Assembly: GCA_027319095.1 (NCBI GenBank)
Contig: DAHVNW010000008.1
Coordinates: 1-53,819 of the forward strand
DNA from: a bacterium
GTDB taxonomy: Bacteria > SZUA-79 > Acidulodesulfobacterales > Acidulodesulfobacteraceae
DNA: 53,819 nt
Direction: 5' to 3'
A model generated the notes under the pieces. It was not told where the DNA came from. It did not search any database and saw nothing but the letters and a program-made list of their open reading frames with translations. Each line of letters starts with the position of its first letter. Within the stretch, counting starts at the first letter, position 1. A program made the position numbers and the translations under genes. Shown here piece by piece: positions 10,104 to 19,260 of this stretch.

Positions 10104-12129
10104 CATATATGTTTTTAACAACAGGGAACTGTCATGGTTAAATTTTAACGAAAGAGTGCTTATGCAGGCGGCGGACGAAACCGTTCCGCTCTGCGAAAGG
10201 CTTAAATTTATAGCAATACACTCGACGAATCTCGACGAATTTTTCATGATTAGGGTTGCAGGCTTAAAAGACTTAGTTTCGGCTCATTACGACGAAAAGG
10301 ATATGTCGGGATTTACGCCGCCTGAAGTCTTGAAGGAAATTTCCGTCAGGGTTCGCCGTCAGGTCGAAAAGAAGGCGGAGATTTTTAATTCGGTTTGCGA
10401 GGAACTTAAGTCGCGTGGAGTTTATATTTTTGATAAGGAAATTTCTTTTTTAGATATGGAAATTTTGGACGAGATATTTTACGCCGAAATTTTTCCATTA
10501 ATTACGCCGCTAATATTGACGAATTTAGACAAAATGCCGTTTATTTTCAACATGAAATTGTGTTTTTTTATCGAACTCGAAAGGGAAGGCAGAATGTTCT
10601 ATTCGCTGATTATCGTTCCAGAAAACGTAAAGAAGTTTTTTAAGATTAAAAAATTGGGGAATTCATACTATTTTACCGTCGAGAACATAATAGAAAGATA
10701 CATCGACAAAATTTTTCCCGGCTATAAAATAAAGGATTTTTTTTTATTCAGGGTGACAAGAAACGCAGATCTGCCTATTAAGCACGAGGACGTGGAGGAC
10801 TTGTTATCGGCAATAGAAGAAAATATTTCGAGCAGAAAATGGAGCAATATAGTCAGGCTCGAAATAGACAGGGCGCACCCCATAGATTTGACCGGAAAAA
10901 TAAAATCTTACCTTGGAACCGAAAGCGGAAACGGAAGCGGTTTGAATGAAGACTTATATATCACCGGGTTACCGCTTGACCTTTCTTTTTTGTTTAATAT
11001 CAAAGAGAAAAAGAAAGGTTTATATTATAAGGCGTTTAAACCCGCCGTCCCCGGTTATCTTAAGGGAGCGAATATTTTTGACGCCGCAAAGAAGAAAGAT
11101 ATTATCCTTTTCAGGCCTTATACCGACTTTAAAATTATCTCGAAATGGATTTCGGATGCCGGAAACGATAAAGACGTTCTTTCTATAAAAATGACTCTTT
11201 ACAGGACCGATAAAAATTCCAAAATAGTGGAAGCGCTGGCAAACGCCGCTTCCAAAGGAAAACACGTCTGTGTCGTCGTAGAGCTTAAGGCAAGGTTCGA
11301 CGAGGAGAATAACGTTAAATGGGCGAAAAAGCTCGAAGAGACGGGATGTATCGTAACATACGGCTTTTCCGACAAGAAAATACACGCGAAGACCTTTTTG
11401 ACGGCGAGAAAAGAAAACGGCAGAATCGTAAGATACGTTCATATATCGACTGGAAACTACAACGAATTTACGGCTGGAATTTATACGGACGTCGATTATA
11501 TTACGTCGGAGGAAGAGACCGGCGCGGAAATAACGAATCTGTTCAACTACATGATGGGATATGCGGACGTGTATGAGTGGAACAGGCTCAAAGTATCGCC
11601 GGTAAACTTAAGACAGTCGTTATACGACCTAATAGGTTTCGAAACGAATGAGGCGGCATCCGGCAGACCTGCAAAAATAATAATTAAAGTCAATTCCGTA
11701 TTCGACGGGAAAATAGAAAATAAGATTTACGAGGCGGGCGCCGCCGGTGCGGATATTAAGATGATAGTCAGGGGAATATGTTCTTTAATGCCAGGGGTGG
11801 AAGGCTTAAGCGAAAACATTTCGGTAAAAAGTATAATAGGAAGATTTTTGGAACACGCAAGGATATATTATTTTTACGCAGGCGGGGCGGAAAAGGTTTT
11901 TATATCTACCGCAGATTTGATGGCAAGAAATCTCGGTAAAAGGGTGGAATTATTTTACGAGGTTAAAGATGCGGCGGCAAAAGAGGTGCTCATGAACATA
12001 CTGGAATGCAATCTTAAAGACGATATGAAATCATGGGTTCTTACCGGAGAAAACTACGTTAAGACCGGCGTCGGAAAGAATGTCAAAAACGCCGGATTTA
12101 ACTGTCAAGAGCAAAATTTTCAAAAATAA
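10096..12129 (+). CDS. ppk: Polyphosphate kinase 1
   Basis: 677 aa. N-terminal FNNRELSWLNFNERVL...LKFIAIHSTNLDEFFMIRVAGL. Two PLD-like HxK-type regions (KIHAKTFLT; RFLEHARIYYF). Confidence 0.9.
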   Translation: MNSIYVFNNRELSWLNFNERVLMQAADETVPLCERLKFIAIHSTNLDEFFMIRVAGLKDLVSAHYDEKDMSGFTPPEVLKEISVRVRRQVEKKAEIFNSVCEELKSRGVYIFDKEISFLDMEILDEIFYAEIFPLITPLILTNLDKMPFIFNMKLCFFIELEREGRMFYSLIIVPENVKKFFKIKKLGNSYYFTVENIIERYIDKIFPGYKIKDFFLFRVTRNADLPIKHEDVEDLLSAIEENISSRKWSNIVRLEIDRAHPIDLTGKIKSYLGTESGNGSGLNEDLYITGLPLDLSFLFNIKEKKKGLYYKAFKPAVPGYLKGANIFDAAKKKDIILFRPYTDFKIISKWISDAGNDKDVLSIKMTLYRTDKNSKIVEALANAASKGKHVCVVVELKARFDEENNVKWAKKLEETGCIVTYGFSDKKIHAKTFLTARKENGRIVRYVHISTGNYNEFTAGIYTDVDYITSEEETGAEITNLFNYMMGYADVYEWNRLKVSPVNLRQSLYDLIGFETNEAASGRPAKIIIKVNSVFDGKIENKIYEAGAAGADIKMIVRGICSLMPGVEGLSENISVKSIIGRFLEHARIYYFYAGGAEKVFISTADLMARNLGKRVELFYEVKDAAAKEVLMNILECNLKDDMKSWVLTGENYVKTGVGKNVKNAGFNCQEQNFQK

Positions 12130-12250
12130 AAACTAAAAGCTATCAAAGGATAATTAAACAAAAAAAGCATCCAATTTATTTATTTTTCCTCGTTCACTTC
12201 CATTTACAGGCGTTTATCTGCAAATAAATAAGTAAATCGGCAATTGGATT

Positions 12251-12305
12251 ATTACAAAAAATTAACATAAACTTAACACAATTGTAACATTAGTTATGTT
12301 ATGAT
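12251..12305 (+). promoter_or_regulatory. Pho-box-like array copy 2a (ATTACAaaaaa TTAACAtaaac TTAACAcaatt GTAACAttagt ...)
   Basis: Same 11-bp unit structure. Lies ~160 bp upstream of copy 2b. Confidence 0.5.
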
Positions 12306-12410
12306 TTTAACAATACTGTAAGCGAAATTTGTTTCGCCTCCATGTTTTACCCCACATCCCGGGATTGATGATTTAATTCATCCCGGGATTAATTTTATTA
12401 AATCTAAAAT

Positions 12411-12465
12411 CGTAACAAAATTTAACATAAACGTCATAAAGCTGTAACATTTGTTTTATATAATA
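12411..12465 (+). promoter_or_regulatory. Pho-box-like array copy 2b with TATAAT -10 (12459..12464), upstream of the phosphoesterase gene
   Basis: GTAACAaaat TTAACAtaaac GTCATAaagct GTAACAtttgt TTTATAtaat. Confidence 0.6.
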
Positions 12466-12551
12466 TATATATAGCAAAACTAAGCGTGCGCGCATGCGTA
12501 TGACGATTATGAAATTGAATTATGAAATTAAAAAGAAAAGGAGGCCGGTAT

Positions 12552-13736
12552 ATGAACAGAAGGGAATTCGTAAAACTCACGGGATTAAGCCTATTATCGG
12601 GGTTGTTTTTAAACGGCGGTAGTTTTAAAAAAGCTGAAGCATCGGAAGATTTAAGCAAAAGGAAAACCTTGGGCGGCAATTTTAAAAAACCCGAACATAT
12701 CGTTTTGATAATGCAGGAAAACAGGAGTTTCGACCACTATTTCGGCAAAATGGACGGAACGGTAGACGGACAGCCCAAAAGGGTGATGGAACTTGGAGTT
12801 ACCGACGGAATGGGCGGAAGCGTAAAACCTTACGATTTAGGGTTCAATTACGTCACTCCGAACCATGTGGACCCAAATCATTCCTGGGATGGCCTTCATA
12901 CCATATATAATAACGGTAAAATGGACGGATACTTTTTAAACGGCATAAACCAGCCGGTAAACGATTATAAAGTAATAATGGGTTATTACGACGCCAAAAA
13001 AGCCCTTGCGCCATATTATTATTACGCCAGAAATTATACTCTCTGTCAAAATTATTTCCATTCGATTATGGCGCCTACCCAGCCTAACAGGCTTTATCAG
13101 ATTGCGGGGCAGTCTAACGGACACATTACCGATGCCCCTCCGCATAAGCCTTATGAGTTCCCGACAATTTTTAACAGGCTCGAAAAAGCCAAAATCTCAT
13201 GGAAGATATATGTTCAGGGATGGCCTAATCCTAAAAAATACGTTCACCATTGGGTGCCGGTTATATGGTTCGATAGCTTTATGAAGGATAAAAAGCTATG
13301 GAATAAAATCAGGCCTGCGGACGAATATTTCGAAGACGTAAAAAAAGGAACGCTTCCTCGATTCAGCTGGCTCGTGCCTGATTTTAAACATTCGGAACAT
13401 CCGCCGGCAGACGTTAAAACCGGTATGCTTTACACCGTCAAAAGAATAGAAGTTCTAAGAAAAAGCCCGCTGTTTTCAAAATCGGCAATATTTTTGAACT
13501 GGGACGAGTGCGGGGGGTTTTACGACCACGTCGTTCCGCCGGTCGTCGATTATTACGGTCTGGGTATGCGCGTCGGATGCATAATTATTTCCCCCTTCGT
13601 TAAAAATGGCTACATATCCAACGTAAGGCACGAACACGCTTCCGTTCTTAAATATGCCGAAAACCTCTGGGGTATCGAACCGCTGACCGACAGGGACAGA
13701 TATGCTAACGGTTTCGAAGATGCGTTTAGCTTATAA
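12552..13736 (+). CDS. Tat-exported phosphoesterase (phospholipase C / acid phosphatase AcpA family)
   Basis: Twin-arginine signal MNRREFVKLTGLSLLSG. Family signature MQENRSFDHYFG. GGAGG Shine-Dalgarno 8 nt upstream of the ATG at 12552, which is preferred over the longer track ORF from 12522. Confidence 0.8.
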   Translation: MNRREFVKLTGLSLLSGLFLNGGSFKKAEASEDLSKRKTLGGNFKKPEHIVLIMQENRSFDHYFGKMDGTVDGQPKRVMELGVTDGMGGSVKPYDLGFNYVTPNHVDPNHSWDGLHTIYNNGKMDGYFLNGINQPVNDYKVIMGYYDAKKALAPYYYYARNYTLCQNYFHSIMAPTQPNRLYQIAGQSNGHITDAPPHKPYEFPTIFNRLEKAKISWKIYVQGWPNPKKYVHHWVPVIWFDSFMKDKKLWNKIRPADEYFEDVKKGTLPRFSWLVPDFKHSEHPPADVKTGMLYTVKRIEVLRKSPLFSKSAIFLNWDECGGFYDHVVPPVVDYYGLGMRVGCIIISPFVKNGYISNVRHEHASVLKYAENLWGIEPLTDRDRYANGFEDAFSL

Positions 13737-13844
13737 TATTTAAAATACATAACGTATGACGTTATATTATAGTAATTATAATAGCCGCAATTAAAAATTG
13801 CCTTTTAAGGTAGTTCGCATAAAAAAACGGGTGGTGAGATTGAT

Positions 13845-14111
13845 ATGGCAGAAAGTTTGTCTTTTATCGATAAAATAATAGAAAAGGCAAGTCAAAATGC
13901 CGTTTTAATGAGAGCAAAATATCTTTCCCTCGTTAAAAGACAAATAAAATCTTCCGAATCTAAAAATTGCGTTATGAACGTAAAATGCTCATGCGAAGAA
14001 AACAATTTCAACGTTTTAGTATCGGAAGAAGATGTATCCAGGGTTTACGACAGGTTTGCCAAAAAATGCATAAATTGCGGACAGCCGATTAAAATAACGT
14101 TTAAGTTCTAA
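13845..14111 (+). CDS. Small Cys-rich (zinc-ribbon-like) protein, paralog of 4063..4407
   Basis: See the alignment under 4063. Immediately downstream of the phosphoesterase gene. Confidence 0.55.
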   Translation: MAESLSFIDKIIEKASQNAVLMRAKYLSLVKRQIKSSESKNCVMNVKCSCEENNFNVLVSEEDVSRVYDRFAKKCINCGQPIKITFKF

Positions 14112-14248
14112 TATTGACGACCGCCTTTAATTTATTTGTTCTTTTAATATTCTTTAATATGATTTTTAATTTCGCCGTGGTATAATAGCTTTTGCCGCCC
14201 TATCATTTTAATATATGTTTATTATAAATTCAGTTAGGAGGAAAAATT

Positions 14249-14731
14249 ATGAGAAACATAAAAATACGCTTAAATCCACCAGTGTTTACAATATTTATTT
14301 TTAGTTTCGCAATTTTTGCTCTTACGGTTATGATTAACAAAAACGTATCGGCGCAAGGCGTGCGTCAAGGCAAAGCCGCTTACGGTTCAAAGCTGATAAA
14401 CCGCGGCAGGTATTTAGTAGAGGATGTTGGCAAATGCTCGGATTGCCATACGCCCAGAGACAGGTTCGGCCGTCCCATAAAAGCGAAATGGCTCGAAGGA
14501 ACTGTCTTAAATATGAAGCCTATTCATCCGGTACCCGGTTGGGCTGAGAAAAGCGTTAATATCGCCGGCCTTCCAAAGGGTTGGACTGAAAACAATATGA
14601 TTAAATTTTTAACGACGGGCATAAATCCAAAAGGCAAATTTGCCAGACCGCCTATGCCTGTTTACAGGCTTACAAAAGAGGATGCTATTGCCGTTACTTA
14701 TTATCTTAAAAGCTTAAAACCTAAAAAATAA
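14249..14731 (+). CDS. Mono-haem c-type cytochrome with signal peptide
   Basis: CSDCH haem-binding motif, N-terminal hydrophobic leader, AGGAGG Shine-Dalgarno. Confidence 0.7.
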   Translation: MRNIKIRLNPPVFTIFIFSFAIFALTVMINKNVSAQGVRQGKAAYGSKLINRGRYLVEDVGKCSDCHTPRDRFGRPIKAKWLEGTVLNMKPIHPVPGWAEKSVNIAGLPKGWTENNMIKFLTTGINPKGKFARPPMPVYRLTKEDAIAVTYYLKSLKPKK

Positions 14732-15167
14732 ATAAATTTTAGGATGATGGGCGGCACTAATCTATAGCAATAAATTAAGTTAACAATAAGAAGGCTATCG
14801 ATTTATTTGAAAGTAATATTACAAAGAATTGCAAGCCGAGAGATGAAAAAACGTTAGCCTCGCAACCTAAAAAGCGTATTTATATCCTTTCTTTAATTAG
14901 CCACATTTGTTATAATTGCCGAAATTCCAAATTAGCGCCCGTAAAATTATTAAAAAGTTCCAAAAGGGGATTTGAATCTGCCCCCGGTAATTCCTTCAAT
15001 GCTATATGAAAAACTTAAATAAAAATTCCCCCATTACGGAGAATTAAATTTACCTGCTGAATATGGTAAGAAAGTTTTAAAGTTTTAAGGTAGCCGGCAA
15101 CGACAAATATAATTTTGAATATTGAAAATAAATAAATCAATAGGATACCTTTATTTTATTCGATGCC

Positions 15168-16328
15168 ATGAAAATTCTTCACGTTATTTCTTCGAGAGGA
15201 TGGGGTGGAGCGGAAAACAGCGCCGTATATCTTGCAAAAAAACAGATAGAAAAAGGAAACAAGGCTTTTTTTTTGATTCATTCGCCCAACGAAAAGCTTA
15301 AAAATATATTAAACGATAACGGCGTTCCATATTATTCCATATTTAATCCAGAAAGAAAAAACATATTTGCTATAAGTAAAATTATTGAAGTTTGCAGATT
15401 AAAAAATATAGACATTATACATACGCATCTTGGAACGGGGAATTATCTAGGCGTTATCGCAGGCAGTTTTTTAAAAATACCGGTCGTAAGCACGGTTAAT
15501 ATATTCAGCGGATATCCATATTATGCGCAGTCTGATGCAATATGTTTCTGCAGCAATGCCGTCAAAGAATATTATATAAATTATTTTTCATCCGAAAAAT
15601 ATTTAAATTACAGGCCGTCTTTTATAGAATCAGCCATAAACAGGCTGTTTAAGTTTAATTATAAACCCGTAACGAATATCGAAGAATTAAAGAATAAATC
15701 CCATATAATATACGAAAGAATAGACGAGACTAAGTTCATAGGGTATAAAGAAAAATTAGACGAATTTAAAGATTATTTCAACATAGGCATAACGGGAAGA
15801 ATAGACGAACAAAAAGGGCAGATATATTTTATCGAAGCCGCCGGGCTTTTACTTAAAGAATATAAAAACGGCAATATAAGCGAAAAACGTAACGACTTAA
15901 TGTTCCATATAGTTGGAAGCGGCAAAGGGGAAGGTCAATTAAAAAGAATCGTGGATTCCAAGGGTTTAAGGGGCAATTTTAAGTTTTGGGGATACCAAAA
16001 AGACGCAAGGAAGTTCATCAACACTTTCGACATTTGCGTATCGTGTTCTTTAAGCGAACCGTTTGGAACGAATAACATAGAATATATGTTTATGAGGAAG
16101 CCGTGCGTTGTGACTAATACCGGCGGGATTCCAGAAGTTTTCGGCGACACTAATATGTTGATACCTCCGAAAGACCGCTTAAAGTTAAAAATCGCTTTAA
16201 AATTATATATCGAAAATAAGAATTTAAGAGAAGAACAAGGAATTAAAGGGTTTAAAAGGGCGAAAGATGTTTTTGCCTCCGACATATGTTTAGATAACAT
16301 TATGGATGTATATAAATTAATAAGTTAA
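15168..16328 (+). CDS. Glycosyltransferase family 4 (GT-B; EX7E-type)
   Basis: SEPFGTNNIEYMFMRKPCVVTNTGGIPEVF C-terminal motif. N-terminal HVISSRGWGGAE. Confidence 0.75.
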   Translation: MKILHVISSRGWGGAENSAVYLAKKQIEKGNKAFFLIHSPNEKLKNILNDNGVPYYSIFNPERKNIFAISKIIEVCRLKNIDIIHTHLGTGNYLGVIAGSFLKIPVVSTVNIFSGYPYYAQSDAICFCSNAVKEYYINYFSSEKYLNYRPSFIESAINRLFKFNYKPVTNIEELKNKSHIIYERIDETKFIGYKEKLDEFKDYFNIGITGRIDEQKGQIYFIEAAGLLLKEYKNGNISEKRNDLMFHIVGSGKGEGQLKRIVDSKGLRGNFKFWGYQKDARKFINTFDICVSCSLSEPFGTNNIEYMFMRKPCVVTNTGGIPEVFGDTNMLIPPKDRLKLKIALKLYIENKNLREEQGIKGFKRAKDVFASDICLDNIMDVYKLIS

Positions 16329-16509
16329 AAATACGGCAGAATTAAATTGTTTTTTCGTCCAAATACGGCGGATATTTTCACCATGCTTTATAACCATTTC
16401 AAAAAATATATAAAAGTGTAATTCCCAATCTATTTTCTAAGATGCTTATGTAAATGCCTATATAGATATCCAGGTCTCTTTTGATAAATATTTATAATTC
16501 TTTTTATAA

Positions 16510-16716
16510 TTATTTCTCAGATTCTATCGTTCGTTTTATTTTATAAAAGAAAATTCTAGATTCTTCGAGCCATATTAAGGTTTCTTTTATGGAAAGCGGG
16601 CTGCCGCCCAAATGTTCGTCTGCCGAAAAAATAGAGGAATTACCTTCGTTCTTTATATCGTTTAAATTTACGATATTACATTCAAACGCAGCCTTTTCAT
16701 TTTTTATATTATTCAT
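16510..16716 (-). CDS. Hypothetical small protein, downstream partner of the NTase-like gene
   Basis: 68-aa ORF in an operon position. Confidence 0.3.
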   Translation of the reverse strand: MNNIKNEKAAFECNIVNLNDIKNEGNSSIFSADEHLGGSPLSIKETLIWLEESRIFFYKIKRTIESEK

Positions 16717-16750
16717 ACCGATTTTAAATTTCTAAAAAATTTAAAATTTT

Positions 16751-17233
16751 TCAGTTATTTTGCTTTCTTAGTTCTTCTATGTCCGAAATATCTTTGTCTC
16801 GTCCTGCTATAGACTTCAAAGCTATCAGGTCATCTTTATTTATAACATATATTTCAAAATCGTTATATTTAACTATTTTTTTTCTCTTAAACATTTCATC
16901 GAAATTAATCAAGGGCTTTAAAAAAATATCTACAGAATGATAAGATTCATCCTGTTTATAAAAATTTAAAGCAATTAGATTTTTCTCGTTTATCCATCTG
17001 TTTCTTATAGTTTCCGATTTAATATCGTTAACGTTAATCGGAAGAGCCGAAATCATTTTGAGACCCTGGAATGTTTTTAAAAGTTTATCGAGATTTTCTT
17101 CGCTTAAATCCAATAAGATGTCTATATCGTAAGTGGACCTGATAATTCCATAAATATTGACGGCATGTCCGCCGCCGAGAAGATATCTTACTTTATTTTT
17201 ATATAACTTCAAAAAGAAATCATCGTAAAACAT
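16751..17233 (-). CDS. Minimal-nucleotidyltransferase-fold protein (GG-x13-DID motif), possible TA/abortive-infection component
   Basis: GGHAVNIYGIIRSTYDIDILLD matches the G[GS]..D.D NTase signature. Confidence 0.45.
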   Translation of the reverse strand: MFYDDFFLKLYKNKVRYLLGGGHAVNIYGIIRSTYDIDILLDLSEENLDKLLKTFQGLKMISALPINVNDIKSETIRNRWINEKNLIALNFYKQDESYHSVDIFLKPLINFDEMFKRKKIVKYNDFEIYVINKDDLIALKSIAGRDKDISDIEELRKQNN

Positions 17234-17687
17234 ATATAAATTATAACATAAAAGGAATAAGAAGTTTATATTATAAAATTGAATATTAGAAATTTTTTGA
17301 CTCTTCTTAGTGTGCGTACCGGAAATTGATAAATCAAATCACTACTGCTTATCCTTTATATTGAGGACGACTTCGGCGTACAACTGGAGCAAACCGCTTA
17401 TGCTTTCGACTTTATCACAATAGACCTCTGCCTGAATCTTTTTCCCTGGGCAAAGTTCCGCAAAACAAATAATAGCCTGCATGCCGGCTTGCCTAAAGCG
17501 GCGATTATTAAACTTACTGTTTTGAACCTGCTAAACCATAAATATAATGAATATGAATATATTACCCACGGCGGTTATTTCTGAGGAAATAGCGCAGGAT
17601 CTGTTTTGGCATACCCATGGATGCCTATAGCAACGTATTTTACGGCAACTTTTAAATTCTAATAACAAGAATAGACCAAGTACCTAC

Positions 17688-17727
17688 TTATGCGGAAGAA
17701 ACACATAAGCCTTCCGCATAATTTTTA
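17688..17727 (+). terminator. Rho-independent terminator-like hairpin (11-bp perfect stem TTATGCGGAAG/CTTCCGCATAA, then TTTTT)
   Basis: Read directly from the sequence. Confidence 0.5.
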
Positions 17728-17779
17728 AGCATATAACACATTATTATAAAACGATATTGAAACGATATTGAAACAAAAT

Positions 17780-17834
17780 ATTACAAAATTTTAACCTAAT
17801 TGTCATAATACTGTAACATTAAATTGATATAATA
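17780..17834 (+). promoter_or_regulatory. Pho-box-like array copy 3 (ATTACAaaatt TTAACCtaatt GTCATAatact GTAACAttaaa TTGATATAAT)
   Basis: Exact 11-bp register; extended -10 TGaTATAAT at 17825..17833. Confidence 0.6.
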
Positions 17835-18045
17835 ATAATAAATTTAAGTTAAATTTAATTATATATTTTTTTGCTTTTAGGCTTTATCTTTACCTCCTCT
17901 CTCTAAAGTAAAGCAATTATATGGAGCGGCGTTAAGCCGCTCCATATATACTTAAAACGGCCCGAAAGATTAAAAAATTATTTGTAAAATAGGGATGGTC
18001 GGGAGTTAAATTTTAATTTATATATCTTATAACCGGGAGATACTT

Positions 18046-18825
18046 ATGAAAGTAAACCACAATATTTCATATTCTTCAAAGGCAATACTTTTTTTGTTTC
18101 TTCTTATTTTATCCGTAACGTTTTTAATACCGATAACTTTTTTAACTTCTTCGGCTTTCGCAATGCAAAAATGGCAGGCAAATTACGACAAATCGTTAAA
18201 ACTTTTTAAATCTAAAAAATATGATTCTGCATTGAAATTTGCATTAACCGGGGTCAAGGAAAACAAAAACCCATATACGCTGGAATTAACGGGAAATATA
18301 CTTCAGCTTTTAAAAAAATTTAAATCGAGCAGCCGTTATTTTAAGAAATCTATTGCGGCAGCCGTATCCGGCTCGACAAAAACAGGTTCAAAAGAACAGA
18401 TAATAGTAAAAAATAAAATGAAGTTTATAAAAATGGTTAAAAATAATATAGGGCTAAATTATTTATTGACCGGAAATATGCTGCTAAGAAAAGCGAAAAC
18501 CAAGGCGGCTATTAAAAGCTATAAGGAAGGAATGACGTATGCCGACGAGAAACGATTGTCGGATATACTTATGCTAAGCTCTGCCTTGGCTTATGAAAAC
18601 TTAGGAAAATTTAACAATGCGGTAAATTATGCAAAAAAAGTCACCGATAACGATCCAAAAAGCGCTTTCGCTTATTTTATTAAAGGCAGAGGCGAATATG
18701 ATTTGAAAGAAATAGACGCTTCGATAAAAGACCTTAAAAAAGCCTTAAAATTGAAACCCGAAAATAAATTATTTAAAAAATCGCTTAAAACTGCCGAATT
18801 AACAGAAAAATCGATAAAGAGGTAG
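18046..18825 (+). CDS. TPR-repeat protein with N-terminal signal/TM
   Basis: Hydrophobic N-terminus; repeated A/Y/L helical TPR-like pattern. Confidence 0.55.
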   Translation: MKVNHNISYSSKAILFLFLLILSVTFLIPITFLTSSAFAMQKWQANYDKSLKLFKSKKYDSALKFALTGVKENKNPYTLELTGNILQLLKKFKSSSRYFKKSIAAAVSGSTKTGSKEQIIVKNKMKFIKMVKNNIGLNYLLTGNMLLRKAKTKAAIKSYKEGMTYADEKRLSDILMLSSALAYENLGKFNNAVNYAKKVTDNDPKSAFAYFIKGRGEYDLKEIDASIKDLKKALKLKPENKLFKKSLKTAELTEKSIKR

Positions 18826-18987
18826 CGGAATGTCGATCCGAAGGAGGTAAATAATAAAATAGTACAAAAGTTAAAAAATGCCGAACAATATTTTTTTTGC
18901 CTCGAAAATATTATTTTTATATTTATTTTTTTTTTAGCATTAATCGTATTTGTATAATTTATTAATAAATAATAAAAGGGGTGAGAA

Positions 18988-19260
18988 ATGAAATTTGTTC
19001 CGTCAAGAGATTTAAGGCTTAAAACGGCCGAAGTGTTCGAAGATTTAAAAAAAGAAGGCGAAATTATCGTAACTTCAAACGGCATACCTGTTTCTTTAGT
19101 TATGCCTATCGACGAAAGGAATTTAGAACATACTCTATTTTTAATAAGATCGATAAAGACAAAGGGCGCTATAAGAAATATGAGAGAAACATTAATAGAA
19201 AACGAATTAACAAACGAAGATATAGTAGAAGAAATTAATGCAGTAAGAGAGGGAAAATGA
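18988..19260 (+). CDS. Phd/YefM-like antitoxin
   Basis: MKFVPSRDLRLKTAEVFEDL...EIIVTSNGIPVSLVMPIDE fits the Phd/YefM N-terminal pattern. Overlaps the next gene (ATGA). Confidence 0.5.
   Translation: MKFVPSRDLRLKTAEVFEDLKKEGEIIVTSNGIPVSLVMPIDERNLEHTLFLIRSIKTKGAIRNMRETLIENELTNEDIVEEINAVREGK

Noticed and set aside
12434-12679. 81-aa minus-strand ORF
   Set aside because: Covers the Pho-box promoter and antisense of the phosphoesterase 5' end.
13741-13790. Palindrome ATAACGT-ATG-ACGTTAT just after the phosphoesterase stop, considered as an extra Pho box
   Set aside because: It is a 7-3-7 inverted repeat, not the 11-bp direct-repeat array. More likely a terminator/hairpin. Not reported as a regulatory site.
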